64,000 nucleotides of DNA, from assembly GCA_010093605.1 (NCBI GenBank), contig MU004190.1, positions 868,001-932,000 of the forward strand. Reading direction: 5' to 3'. This document shows positions 49,332 through 63,534 of this stretch, one piece after another. The stretch comes from Lophium mytilinum (Eukaryota). The first letter of the stretch is position 1, and each line of letters starts with the position of its first letter. The notes under the pieces were generated by a model that was not told the origin of the DNA, did no database searches, and saw nothing but the letters and a program-made list of their open reading frames with translations. A program made the position numbers and the translations under genes.

Positions 49332-52300
49332 TGCTACCATCTCTGCATCGTCATGTGCTATTCTCAGAACACATGATCTTCCACTTTTCCCATCCACATG
49401 ATTTTCGGTTCCATCAGGCGGCATTTACGGAGTGCGTAACGACACACACATTCGGCGTCTGCAGGGTCCTCCCTTCACGGGCTCTTTTTTCCTTCACAGG
49501 CTTCACATTCGGTGTCTACATGGCTTGCGCGGGTGGTGGCTTAATGTTTTTGATTGTTCTTTTCTGCGCGCTGCTCAAAATCTGCTTTTTGATACCAAAT
49601 TTCAGGCACACAACTGCATGGCTGCCAACGAGGCTCACGAGTTTCTTTTTCTTCTCTTCTTTCCCGGTCTCAAGAGACTATTGGGATTCTATGGGCATTA
49701 TACGTCACCAGGCTCGCGCCACGGTATTCCTGCTTTTCACATGCTTTGCGCCCTCTCCGCATGGTTGGGCGGTGGCTGGATTGGCTGGGGCGCGGATTCT
49801 ACATCCGGTTCTTTGTACTATTACTCACCCAACCTTTTTTTCCACGTTTGTACTTTTATGGGCCCGAACAAAGCGGAGCGAGAGGTGGCTTGCGATTGTT
49901 TTTATACCCCCGTTGCGCAACAGGGAGGAGGAAGTTGGGGAGATGGGCATTGGGGAGAGAAGCATCATTACATCCAGTCCCCTTTTCATAAGGGGGTTTG
50001 GGTGAATTCAGGTACCTAATGCAAAAAAGCGGAATCACGTTTCAAAAATTACTACATTCTCCTATGGCTTGCTGCTACGTGAAGAAACTAACCGTTCTGA
50101 CTTTCTACATGTGATCAGATGATAGTACAAAGTTGAAGATGCAGACATGGATCCCCTTCCTCGATGTTCTCGAGGGCTCAGTCAGCCGAAACGATCCCTG
50201 AGAGCAACGGAGCGGAGGGCCGAGAACAATTTTCTAGTGGAGCACGTTTACTGTGGATACCCGCGATCCTACCATCAGCACTCCGAACTGCAACCTCGCC
50301 GTTCTTCCTAATCATCGCGAGGCCAAGCAGAGTTTTTTTCTTCTTTTCCTGACCCACTAACTCAACCATCCCTGCTCCGCGGCTCTCCGTCGAATACCCG
50401 TTTATATTTGTCACTACTACTCAACGGAAAACCGAGAAGGGTTTTGATACGAAGCCAAAGCAGGCTTTGTGTCTCAAAGAGCGGTAAGGGAAGTTGGGAG
50501 TTGGGGGGTGGGGTGGGCCATGCAAAGCCATGCAAGCCATGCAAGCCGTGGGAGCGCTTATGCACGCTTGTGCAAGGCGTGCTGGAGGGGAGGGGGGAGG
50601 CCAATGGGATGAGGGGCGGGTTTGCCGCGGCGAATGGGAGGGTTTGTTTGGTGACAATGAGGGCGGGAATAACAATGGGAGAGCGGCCACGAGGCGTGCT
50701 TTGGAAGGGTTTCTTTTTTCGAGTGATGGGACGGCTGGGCGGACAACGCGAGGGTTGGTTATAGTTGGCTTGATTAGGGGCTTGGATGAGTACAAAGGGG
50801 GGATTGGGGAAGGGTGATTGCCGGAAGGGAGAGAGGATTCTCCCGCGGCGAAATCTGCGCGGATAGCTGGCAGTGCTGGAGTGAGGCTTTGGAGGTATTT
50901 CGGAGGCTAGAGGGTGTAGATCGCAGGGTCCAGTGCGGCCGGATGGCTAGGCGGACGTGATGATGCGCGACGGCGATCGACTGACAGCAGCAGCATGTAA
51001 GTGCGAATTGGTTAACGCATGTTATGCAGCCTTATGACTCAGATCTGCTGGCCACGGTGTTGACTGGCGATAGCAACGGAGCAGAGTGCTGGGGTCGATT
51101 GGAGTCTGATGGGGTGTTGAGTATTGACTCGTCACGCTTTAGGGAGCTCAACAGCGACGTTGACTGATGACTGGTGGGGGAGCCGCTAAGGGGCAGAGAT
51201 ACTCCGTGGTGCGATATCATATCAGCAACCTAGATGCAGTGGTGCTGTCCCTTTTGCGGCGGTAACTCGTCAGTGATGGGCGAAGAGTGGGTGACTCTGC
51301 GACAAGTCTTCACATGAGCGCTACTCGACTCGGATCGCGCGACGAATTGGAACAGTGCCATAGCAGAACAGCTCAGACGATTCGATATCTGCTGACCCGA
51401 CGGGCTATCACGTCGCTGTCGCCTTGCCAATTGCTCGCGCCTCGAGGTCTGCCTGGCGACTGGAGCTCTGGTACTTGCATTACCCCAGCCGGGCTGATCT
51501 GGGGTATCTCAGCGCCAATCTATCAATATCGCCCCGGGGAGGCCCGTGTGCCTCATCCGCATCACTCATCGGGCATGCTAAAATAAACGTCCAGTGATAA
51601 CCATCACGATACCCCAACCCCGGTGGGCTGAGCGGCGAGCTGCACCGCCGTCAGGCAACGACGGTGACTGATGAATGACAGCGCCGTACGGACGGAGGTT
51701 TCGCTCAGGGAGGGCGATGCGCTGGCCTGGCTAGCCGCTGCGGAGAGGTCATCTGCTCGCGGGTGCGCTGGGGTGCGATGTGAGCTGGCGGCGGTGGCGC
51801 AGGCAGGGCGTTGAATGCTGCATTCAAGGCGTGCCTTGAGGCTGATGCAGGTGATGCCGGCAGCGAGGTCCGCACCGCTCGGGACAGCCGCGAGGGGCGC
51901 CCGATGCCATCTGTTGTCGCTACAGTATCACTTCGCCTTCGAACGTCACGATGGTTTTGTGACGAGCAGGAATGGAGTTGTTGGTTCTCGGCAAGCAAGA
52001 GCACAGCCGTATTGACTTTTAAATCCTCCGGACGCCTCGCGCGCTTCCCCGCGACCACTCCCGCTCTCCATCACCTATGGGCACAGCGCCAGCCAATTCC
52101 TCGCCCTTTCGTCACCTCCCATCGTCACATCTCCCCCTCATGCCGCGGGCTGCCGGCCCCCATTCGCCGCCTCCTCCTGATGCCGCCGTGTTGCGTATGC
52201 CGCGAAAGCCTCGCCCCAAACGCCCAGCTTCGCCCTCGTGGGGGTACGTAGCCAGCCCGACGTCAGGTGCTCAGCACTGCATACTTCTGTGCTCCGCGAC

Positions 52301-55300
52301 GCGCCGCCTGCTGTCACGATAGGCCAGCCACCGCTGCGAACGCGATGTGGTGCAGTTGACGTCCGGCGCACGCTGCAGCGACGATCGCAGCGCTGATTGT
52401 GGTTGCTGATGCTGCTTCCGCGGTCACGGATCCGGACGAGTTGCATGCGCCGCCATGCATGCAGGCAGTGGCCAGCCAGCCAGCTCATTTCGGACGACCC
52501 GTGGCCGTGGGTTGTCAATATCAACAACGCGTTGGCCTTGTCTGGCTCACGCGGGACTATCACGTCAGACTCCCAGTACGTGGAGATTTGACTCTCTGAC
52601 AGGCCCGAGGGCCGTTGCGGAGCCGGGACGGGATTGCTGAGGGGAGGGCCGGAGATTTTCGTTATTGGAGGAAGAAGATGGGAGGCTGGAGGGAGATGAC
52701 CTCGCGGCGATGCGTTGTCCTGAGACACGATGGAGGGTGTCTGGGGTTTCTCCGCCTGAGGACACCATCTTGCAACCCAAGGACACGAATGACGGTCTGA
52801 CTGCTGCATCGGGAAGTACGTGGAGGGCGGATGCTACCCAGTGTGAGGGATTGGTGAGTCGGGGCCGGGCCATTGCTAATGTCACAGTAAACAAGCAAGG
52901 AGATGGATGCTTGTTGATGGCGGTTGCGGCGGAATGCCACAAGACGCGCGCTTGTTGACTTCCGACAATAGTTGTAAGATACGTTACACAGATGGATGAC
53001 ATGAAGGAAGCCTTCGAGTTCTGAACAACTTTCTCATTTCTGGGCAGTTGCCTCTGATATTCGTTAGGGAGCATAGTTTCATGATTACATCATTTCAATC
53101 ACTTCAAGGCTGAGCAATCTCTACTAATCCGAAATGGCCGAGCATGCTTTCTTTATCTCATCACTTTCGTGAACCTGTAGATGTCAAGTCTTTTGTATGG
53201 TTTTCTCTCCTGGTATCAGTCCTCTCTTAAAGCTTACTTGATCACCATCTGATCACAAGCCAAGGCAAGGAATTCTTTCGCTGGTCATATTCATAATACT
53301 ATCGTTACACACACTCTTCTCTGCCTCTTTTGATCATTGCGACGATGGTCGACGATTAGTCTAGACGCGGCGAATCACCTCGCTGCTGCTTAGGCTCCTC
53401 AGGAATAAACTTTTCGGCGAGCATGAGCGCACGCGAACTTACGATAAGGCCTGTAAGAACGATTTAGTCTTGGAAATTTCCACCAAAGGTTCCGTTTCGT
53501 TGTCGGTTTAGCTCCTTCTCCTCACGAGTCCATCATCTGACTACTACAACTCCTGTCGACACCAAACTACCAATAATATCACCTAGGAGACCCTCCGCCT
53601 TGTCTCGTCTGCAGATCGTGAGATCTTCATTACGTGAACTCAAGGAGTCTGCACAAGCACGGTCTCGTGAACGAAGCTACAAAAACGAGGCTGTTTACGC
53701 CAGTTCTCGACTTCGGGGAGCTTCCGGTGTCGTGGGACATCACACCCTCGTCGCAACAGTTCTCGCTCATCACCATCAAGAGCAGGGTTGATGCTCGCAT
53801 TGAAATGGTCTAACCGGAGCCCTATCCGAAACTCATGGAGCAGCAAGGCGACTAGTGCTAGTGCTTCCTGCACTTCCAACGTTTTCTTAGGTTCGCCGTT
53901 ATGCTAACGTCTAGCGCATGCAGACACGAGTTCGGATGCTGTTCAAGGCAGTTCATGAGAGGAGATCATCTGCAATTCTCAGATGCAGCGGAACTCTGAC
54001 GTATTGAAGCTACTTTGACCAGCGTTGCGGGGAATATCGCCTTATTGGCTCTCGCCTCGACACTTCAAGAAAAGAGCAAGGAACGAGTCCATACACCAGG
54101 ACCAGAGCGGTCTCAAGCCGTGTGTTAGTTCGCGAGCGGTTCAGATAGCGGAATATATCTCATCAACACGAAACATTACATATCACGGGTCCCCCACGGG
54201 GATAATCGTGTACTTGACGTAGGCGGCTCGATGTCGCACGCGCTAGGTTAAGCTTCAACGCACCTCGACTTGGTTTCTGGGAAAATGCCATCCAATCATT
54301 GGTGCACGCGACACACCATCAAATATAACCCCAATCTGCGCAGGATGACCTTGTTCAGGCCATCAACCCCTTATCGAGAACAAGGCTTGAGCCTGGTTAT
54401 TAACGGAGGAGCTCCTCCTCACGCGACAGTCCCGGAAGGATTGCTGGAGTCTAGAATCCTCCCGGGAAATTAACTGTTTGGCCGTTGGGCCTACGTCATG
54501 CTACTCGCTTCTTCCCCGCAAAGCGTCTGGATGCCTGGCAGCCTGAATTTGACATGTGCAACGAATCTTAGGGCACGTGGATGGCTGGTGCAGATCCCGT
54601 GTCTCTAGCGAGATTCGGCAAGCTTCGATATCGGCCGGCTTGTCTGCCGGCTTCCATCCCTCTTGCCTCGGCGTGATTCTCGGGCCACCATGAACGATGC
54701 GTTGCCGATGGCCGGAATGGAGGACGGATGAGGAATTTGACTTCGAATATGCGGTTCTCAGCTGCCATGGGGAAGCCGGCACCTGCATGTGGAGATGACA
54801 GGTTCGCTCGGACTTTGGTCGCACGATGACAAGGTCGGCCGAAGGAAAGCAATAGGATTGAGACATCGCCATGGGAAGCATGTGGTGATAGCTTCACCGT
54901 TCAGCGGAGCAAGGCCCAAACAGAGGAGGTAAAGGCTGCATACTTTGTGAGTCGGCATCACGCTACCAATCCTTCGGTTTCGGCTCCTGCAGCTTCCTGT
55001 TCACGTTTCATCGCGACTCGTTCTCTCCATGTGAAGCATCAACAATGCTTGCAAGCACAAGCCTTTCCCCGTCTCCACCACCGCACGCGGCCATGTCGTG
55101 TTGTTGTCGTGTCTCCAAAGTTTCCGCATCAGGCAAGCGAGCAGTCTTCATGCGCCGGTTTAACTTCACCGCCAATCCGCCGCGCCAATTTCTGGCATGC
55201 CTGCTTCTGGCATCGCGCCCTTGCCCTACGGAGAAACATCGCTGTAACAAGAGCCCGGCGAGGCGAGCCTTGCTTGACTCGGATTTGAGTTCGCGCGGCG

Positions 55301-57855
55301 TCGCGGGGAACAACGTTGAGCTTCCTCGCGCAGGGATGCGCAGAGCTGTGGAGAGTCAGCTGTCGCGGCTTCGAGGTGGCTGGGACGCAGGCCGGAGGAA
55401 AGGCCGGTGAAGGGAGCGTTTCGGCAAGGGTGCTTTCCTTTACCCCGGATCTACGGGGCGTCCACGTTGTTGACGATGGGCGTTTGCGGCCATGATAGCC
55501 GAGGGATGGGTATAGGGCTGATGCTTGGGGAGTGTGTGTCAATCCTGACTACAGCGTGGCATTGATTGGGCATTGCTTAATGATGACCACTGCTCCGTAC
55601 TGCACCACGAGGACACGCAGAGTTTGAGGCTTTTTCGAAGAGGCACCTGAGCCTTTGGATTTCGCCAGAAGAAGCTTCTTCAGGTTGGTGGCAGAAGTTG
55701 GGCATCGATATCTACAGTACTCATCGTGTGATGCTCGAACCTGGGATTCGCGATCGCGCGTGTGACGTTTACTGGGGGCTTTTTCTGACGGCTCGCAGAT
55801 CATGAACCAGCACATGCAGGAACGACTGACGAAGCACACAGCACGCGGCTCTGTTGAGCCGGAAACTGGGATCGGGATATGTGGTATGAATCTTCGGACC
55901 TGCCAAAGGGAAATGGTCAAGCATTGTAGCATGGATGCGGCTGTTTGATAGCAGTGTTACATTTCCTTACCTCAGCCGTCATAATACTCGCGCTCTTGGG
56001 GCTCACTTTCACATGGCAACCCGCTCGTCTGCCGCTTCTGGACCCGGCCTACCGTGAGACCGTTGGCCACCGGCGTGGCGTCCACGTGCGTGGAGACAAA
56101 GGTCGATGGTACCCTAAAGACCGGTTTCCCCGACGGCACAGCAGCGAAGGCGACAAAAGATGGAAGTTTCAGCTTCAATGGTATGCTGACGCGCCATGGG
56201 TGGGGCTGATGCATTACCGAAGTCGTCAACGCACCCGCTGAAGGATCTGAATATCGTGATCCGACCTTTAGGCGGGTAGTCTTCTGGCTACATCCTTGAA
56301 GTAGGTGGATAAAACCCGCTTCTGATTGGAGGAATTTGGATCTACCTTCCTTCTTCGTACCCCTTGCTCCGTGGCTCCACGTTTTTTCAAGGAGGTGGTG
56401 TTCTAGAAATTTCCGAGGCGCGCGCTAGGTATTAGGTCATTGTGTTAGGAGATGGGGCGACGACGAGAATTACCGCCTCATGCGGCGCGCGATAAGGGAT
56501 GTTGCGGTTGTGTATTTCGACGAGGAAAACCCGAAACTGGACCGATCGTGGGAGCGTTCGTCTGGATGCGGCAACTCAATGGATGGGTTGCCGGGAATGG
56601 GAACAATTGTGGGTACGGGAAAGTCGTCATGGTTTGTGTACTATTCTTGGCCTTATTGCTACCAATCTGTTAATGTCTCTATTACTCCTTTACACGTCAG
56701 CTCTTTCGCCTTCTTCGGTCTGATCTCAGGGTCGAGATCTGAGATGTGGTGTCGATTCCATACGTAAATCATCGAATAGGGGACGTCGAATTGCCGCGGT
56801 ACGTAAAACCGCCAAGTCAAGGATATTGGATTCTCGATGATGAGGGCAAGAGGCGACCCGTTTGACTGTTCGCTGGAAAACTTTGCAGCTCACGTCAAAG
56901 GCGCAAGAATCGGTCCGTCAGATCCGAATCGAGATTTAGGATGAGGTACATCGTCGTAAGTACTAATGTATTAGGCCGCGGAGCCATTACAACGGAGCAT
57001 CACTCCGGCCTCCTTTCTTCCGTGGATCTTCTAGTGCTTCATCGTACCGTGGCTGAGCTGGTCCACTAGGGGTTCAATTCTGACCCTGTGACGACACTTG
57101 CGAATAAGAACTACGGGTGCTTCTATTGCCGCTCATGCATAAAAAGATCAGTGGAGTGGAGCGGAGCGGAGCGGGATTGTATTTTCACCAGTCAATTTAT
57201 TCTCCTCTCAGCCGAGTCGATGGACGATGTGAGGACTTCGTCTGCGCCATATCCGTAACGCATCGGGCGTTGTCCGTCTTTTAATTCGAAATCGCTAGTA
57301 TCAGATTGCAAAAGCTTCCATCTCTTCTCCTTTTTCTAGCCATGGAGTTTCCTGTCATAGCTATCCGTACGCTCTCCTGTAACCGCTTGATGGCTTTCAA
57401 TGTCCAATGTAAAGCGAGGGTATCGCGGAATCTACATGTATCTGCTGTTGTGGTCTAGGCCACCTTCCGAGTGTAGTAGGTCTTCAAAATACCGAAACTC
57501 CCTCTCTCTATGCGGAATTTTGAAAGGCCATGAGACACCTTAAGCAGCGGCACAGAAGTGTTCGGATATCTATGAAAGGTATTGTAATTAGACTTTCGTC
57601 GGCGACAAAACCACGTGCTTCCCTACGCTGCTTGCAAACCAAAAATCAGTCTTGCTAGTGCATAAAGAAACCGAGGCATGGTGTCGGAGACCGTCTGAAC
57701 ACGAGATGAGTCACGTGAAGGCGTAGTTCTGAGACATAAGACTTTATCGTTGAGCTCATAAGTTTTGGTACGAGATCACACATGCCTGGTGGCTGCTTGG
57801 AAGTATTACGACGGGGAATTGTTGAAAGCAAGATCGCATCGGCCACTTCCCGAAG

Positions 57856-57995
57856 AATCGGCGGTTGAACATGACCGAGCTGTGGAGGCTTCTGTTATTC
57901 TCTGGTAGGATGCACATTCATTACTACAAGTGGATGAAGGATCGCACCAGTCACTGTACACAAAATCGGTGGTTGAACATGACCGAGTCGTGGAG
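57856..57995. repeat. Imperfect direct repeat of about 32 bp at 108-bp spacing (AATCGG.GGTTGAACATGACCGAG..GTGGAG)
   Basis: Copies at 57856 and 57964. Confidence 0.7.
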
Positions 57996-59042
57996 TCTCC
58001 TATCATTCCTCAACAGAATGAACATCTCAATCGCTGAAAGTGGGTGAGTGTCTACTTTTGGTGGAGATGCTACCTACCTCTCCTCAAGTCGTTGACATAG
58101 CAAAGCGACACAGGTTTGTGCGCTCTCTTTCCCCGTTAGTCCCAAATTTACTTCCCGGGTTTGGATGGGACGCTGGGCCACCCGCACAAAACGGCGTAAG
58201 AGGTCGATCACAAGCGTTTGGGCTCGATCCAGTCTGTGTTTTCCTGACTTCTGCATTGTCTGGCTTCCTCATATACAACGAAGTAACTCAGGCAGTGGCG
58301 AGCAGGAGTTCAGGCGCTGTATTTGCCTCGACGCGAGTCATCAGTGTTGGTAGCTGCGCATTCGACTCAAGTCTCCTATGGGCGCTACTCTATCAGGTAG
58401 GTCAAGATTTCTCTTTAATGCTCTAAGTCATTAGGCTACCATCTACAACGATGGGTATGAGGATTTGGACTCCCAAACACCACGACCTTTTGATGGTATG
58501 GAGAATCTGCCAGCGGATGGAGGTTAGGAAGCCTATTCTATTCGGGGTTCTATCCCCGAGAGGTAGAGCAGGAAGGTGACGACTCTTATACGAAAAATGA
58601 AACAAAACTGTTCAATGTGTCAGCATCGGTGCTATCAGATAAAGGACGACAATTGCGCCATTCTTTAAGAATACTCAATCATGCGACAAGTTCAGCGATC
58701 AAAGGGAGCTTTTTAGTGAAGATCTAAAGGTGAGGAATACGCCATTCCGTTCTGCGTTATACATACCGAGCTCTATTGGAGCGTGCTGGGCGGTGTTAAT
58801 GTACTAATGTCCGAGCACTGCAGGCGGGGTCGAGCCCGCGGAAACTCCACGGTGCGATCCTTTTCAGCTACTTAGCGCTCACAGCCCCTGTGACTCTTTA
58901 CAACAATAAAACAATTGGAGGGCGCTGTCATTTCGATGTCCTGCATGTAGCCTTTCCCTCTGTTCAGGTCTATGTCTACATAATCGAACCTTATTATTCT
59001 CTTCATACTTCATTTTCTTCTTGCACTGCAGCCCATGCCCAT

Positions 59043-60788
59043 ATGGATGACTCAAAAGAACATCGCGGGACTGACCCGTCAATTGCGTCGAAAGACACAA
59101 GTCAACTCGACGATGCTGCATCTACACGAGATGTAGAAAAGCAGCCTGTCCCGGAAAACAACGCGATTGAGGACTCGAGTCGCGAAAAAGACCCGAACAT
59201 TGTCGACTGGGATGGTCCAGATGATCCCGCGAACCCAATGAATTGGTCATCAGGGAAGAAGGTTACGGCTGTAGGCATCGTATCCATGATTGCATTTCTA
59301 TCGTAAGTTCTGCATCTATTAGTCTCACCCGCATGACTCATAAAATATAGGCCGTTCGCCTCAACCGTTATTTCGCCGGCCAGCGGAGATGTCATGAAGA
59401 CCTTCCATTCCACCAACGAGACCCTAGGCGCCTTCGTAACTACGGTCTACCTCATCGGATACGTCTTCGGACCTCTCGTGATAGCTCCGTTGTCAGAGCT
59501 ATATGGCCGCGCTATCCTCTACAATATATGCAACTTTATATTCCTGATCTTCAACATCGCTTGTGCGCTTGCGCCCAACCTCGGCGCTCTTATTGTGTTT
59601 CGACTACTCGCTGGTATAGCTGCGTCTTGCCCCATCACGCTTGGACCGGGGACGGTTGCCGACATAGTATCGGTGGAGAAGCGTGGCTTGGCTATGACTG
59701 GTGTGTATATAGGACCATTGATCGGTCCAACATTTGCGCCTTTGGGTGTGTAGATTCATTGACATTGTTCGGCAACACAGACTGACAAAGTGTAGCTGCC
59801 AGTTACCTTGCCGAAGCTAAGGGTTGGCGTTGGATTTTCTGGCTTATATCCATCATGGTAAGTCTCCGGATCCTAAGGTATGACCCTTTTGCTGATAGGG
59901 CTACAGGCAGGTGCTATCTGGGTTGCCGCCATGCTATTCGTACGCGAATCGTACGCCTACGTTCTACTGAAATGGAAGACCAAGCGACTCCAGAAAGAAA
60001 CAGGAAACCTTCAACTTCGATCTGCTCTGAACACCGGCCAACCCCCTGCGGAACTTTTCAAAATCTCTATCATACGACCCCTCAAGATGCTGTTCATGTC
60101 TCCAATGGTATTCTTGTTGTCGCTTTACATGGCGATCATTTACGGTTATCTCTACCTGTTGTTTACTACTTACCCTCGGGTATTCCAAGGCCAATACGGA
60201 TTTTCCAACGGGGCCGTAGGGTTTGCGTACTTGGGCTCAGGGATCGGATCTTTTATAGGTTTGTTCTTCTGCGGCGCAACCTCCGACCGACTGCTGCTCT
60301 ACCTGACCAAGCGCAACGGCGGCACCTCGAAGCCTGAATATCGTCTTCCAGTTATGGCCATAGGCGCTTTTCTAGTACCGATTGGTTTATTTTTGTATGC
60401 GTGGACGACCGAGTACAAGAAGCATTGGATTCTCCCGATTATCGGCTCTGCATTCCTTGGTGCTGGGATTTTCACTATATTTGTAGGTTGCTCCGCACCA
60501 GCTCGCGGAAACCATCGCTGATTTTTTTTGTAGATGCCAGCTGGAACGTACCTGGTAGATGCTTTCACGGTTCATGCTGCGTCTGTCACAGCTTCTTCGA
60601 CTGTTATACGATCCCTTGTCGGAGCACTGCTCCCTTTGGCAGGCAACAAGATGTATGACGCCTTGGGATTGGGATGGGGAACGTCTCTTCTAGGGTTCAT
60701 TGCAGTGGCCTTCATCCCAATGCCTCTTATCTTATGGACTTTTGGCGAGCGCCTTCGCGAGAGCAGATTCTCTCAAGTCAAGTTTTGA
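59043..60788 (+). CDS. MFS multidrug transporter, DHA1 family. Exons 59043-59302, 59351-59745, 59796-59857, 59907-60482, 60534-60788.
   Basis: VDWDGPDDPANPMNWS, GPLVIAPLSELYGR, GWRWIFW, RESYA and PEYRLP motifs with multiple TM segments. Confidence 0.95.
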
Positions 60789-61294
60789 TAGAATTATCCG
60801 CAGGCAATGATCGAAGATAGCACCGCAGGAGGCGCGAACTCGTCTATATAAAACATTCATAGACTTTCTGTCGTTCATTCAATAGATTATTCCACTCTGT
60901 AGTTGTACACTATATCAAATCAATTACCGCATAACAAGAAGATCGAGGCGGTGGCTGAAGTGGGTTAGCGTGTATGTTTATGGCCTAGTAGGGTGGTAGA
61001 GAGCAACCTCATCATCACCTCAACTGTGAACTTTCGCCCATACACCAACACCTAACAGCATTCGCTATTGCTGAGTCGGAAATGTGATACTCGTCATTCT
61101 CGATTGCTTTAACTGGGCTATCTGATGATGGCCCCATTTTGGCTGACTCGAGACCTCGCCCTCATAAAGAAGTCGAACCCGCGGAAAGTCCGCGGCGAAT
61201 CCGTCACCAACGAAGGCCCAAAACCCAGCTACTCCTTTTACCACTCAACGCAATCACTTTCATCTTCAGTTTCCACGGAATATCCGTCACCATA

Positions 61295-63534
61295 ATGCCC
61301 AAATACCTACAAACGCATGGTGTTCCTCGCCAAAGGCCCGTTAGCTGCCGCTCTTGCAGGGCCCGAAAGCTGCGCTGCAGCAGAGATGCACCATGCACCA
61401 ATTGCGTATCTCGTGGGCTCCGCTGCGAACTAGACAATTCCTCGGGATCTCCGCCCAGAAGCGTGCAGACTCCAGAATCCGAAGTGGTTGAACGCCTTCG
61501 TAAGCTGGAGGAGCTCGTGGAAAGCCAAAGATCACAGCGAAACGGAAGCCCGAAGCCGATTTCGAAAAGCTCTAATAACCTTGGGCTGCAAAATCACATG
61601 TATAACATATGTCCCGCAATAGCACACCTAGACAAAGACGTTGCTTGGCTTGCGAGTATCTACAGCGGCCTGGAAGTCGCGGTATGTACTAGTCTACCTG
61701 TAGTAGTATTCCGAATCTGATAGCCCAAGTAGGAGAAGATGCCATCCAATAAGATCGTGTTCAGGATCTGTCCGATGCAGCACATCATGGAAGCGCAGTC
61801 TTACATTTTCCTTTCTCCTACAAGTATAGAGCCGTCAAGGTGTATTTGGCTGCCACTATACCACGAAGCTAAGATAATCCTAAACAAATTCACTGAAGAC
61901 ATCGACGGCGGTCATCATGTCATTCACACGCCTTCACTTCCATCCATTCTCGATGAACTCTACGCTTGTCTGAACCAGCAAGGCCAAGTCAAGGCGGGCC
62001 CCATGATTTTACTCCTTAGTATAATGGCGAGCTCTACCCATTCATGGGTACGACGCGATTGCGAGCGTGGCGTATTCTCTACATCTGCAGAAGCCAACAA
62101 ACAGTCGCCATCATGGATCAAAGCGACCGAAGACGTAATCGATATTGCCCACCGATCCACACGCGTATCGATAGAAGGCATTCAAGGGATCATCATCGCA
62201 TCGTTCGTGATGGGAAATATCGAAGGCTTCTCTCGGAAGTGCAGAGCAATGTATAGCATGGCTCTTCTATTAGCACGAGAGCTAGGACTACATTGTATCG
62301 ACCATCCATCCATGGCGAGTGCTGCAAAATCAGCCAATGCCGAGATGGGACGGAGGGTGTGGTGGTACTTGGCGGCTTCTGATTGGTATGTTCTTACGAG
62401 CTCCGGATTACAGAGCAATGTTGACGATTTTTCAGGCAGATGGCCGCGAGGTTCAACGGCGTCGCTCAAGGCGTGTATCAATGCCACGTGCGCCAGATGA
62501 TAGTCAGGAAACCTCTGAATATCAACGACGAAGACGTTACAGATGGCATGAATTGCATCGAACAACCACTTTCTCAACCGACCACCATGTCGTATTCATT
62601 GCAAAGAATTCGATTATCAGAGATATGCCGGAATATCGTTGACCGCACTCCTCTCATACATGCCGGCGTCCCCGGCTACGAAACTATAATGGACGCCGAC
62701 ACGGAGATACAAACGATTCTGAGTGAGACTCCACCATTCTTCTCCATGTCGGTTGAACAGATCATCCAGATCTATCAACTGGACCATCAACACGCCTCCA
62801 GGATCTTTTACCAAGGGTACTTGTTAAGCTCACTCACTCACGCCATGCATTGCAAAATTCACTTTGCGTATTTCACCCGCGGCTATGTCGATCCCTCATA
62901 TGCAGCCTCCCGGGAAATATGCCTCCGGTCCGCCCGCAAGATCATCCAGAACGAAACACGACTAGAGCAATCAGGCCTCTGTACGGCGGCACGCTATAGG
63001 GTTATCTTGCTCCTGCTTGGCATTTTTATGGCAACCATCGTGCTAATAATGGACATGTGCCACAACAAGTCGTCGACGCAGCGGGAGAAACAGCAAGGAG
63101 AGCTTGCCGACGCTTTTCGCTTACTTGAAGAAGCTCGAGAGGATTCGGAAACCGCCGTCAACTTCCTAGATTCGCTAATGCAAGTGCTGCGGAGGCATAA
63201 GATGCCCCGTCCGAAGCGTGCTGAGGAGACGCTGCTGGACTCTGACATGGGGAATGAGCCTCTCGAGACGGCAACAGGCGCGGTAGGGGCCTACAGCACT
63301 GCCAACAACCAGCCGTATAGCAACCCTGATATATTGCCTTTACCGACGGCCCCACCAAGCGTGTTGGCAAGCAACAATGCTAACATCATGGATATGGGCG
63401 GTGATGGGTTTACGAATGGGGAGGACATGTCGTCGTACTTCAACGAGTTGGCGGAGAGCTTTGAGCAAGGTGTCGACTTTGACTGGAACGACATCTTCGC
63501 CGGGCTCGATTCCTCGTATACGCAAGGGTTGTGA
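61295..63534 (+). CDS. Zn(II)2Cys6 transcription factor with a fungal TF middle domain. Exons 61295-61681, 61733-62385, 62436-63534.
   Basis: CRSCRARKLRCSRDAPCTNCVSRGLRC binuclear cluster; ARELGLH, EMGRRVWWYLAASDW and PLNINDED motifs. Confidence 0.93.

Noticed and set aside
49331..50019. 224-aa and 195-aa ORFs directly after the DUF3295 gene
   Set aside because: T-rich 3'UTR-like composition, non-ATG starts and no motifs.
50519..50549. (CCATGCAAG)n short tandem repeat
   Set aside because: Ordinary minisatellite without spacers; not CRISPR-like.
55945..56767. Interrupted protein-like frame (WRNLDLPSFFVPLAPW..IRDVAVVYFDEE)
   Set aside because: In-frame stops and no recognisable domain; possibly a decayed gene but unsupported.
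57048..57082. A-box-like TGGCTGAGCTGG and B-box-like GGTTCAATTC
   Set aside because: The boxes are under 10 nt apart and no cloverleaf can be formed, so this is not a tRNA.
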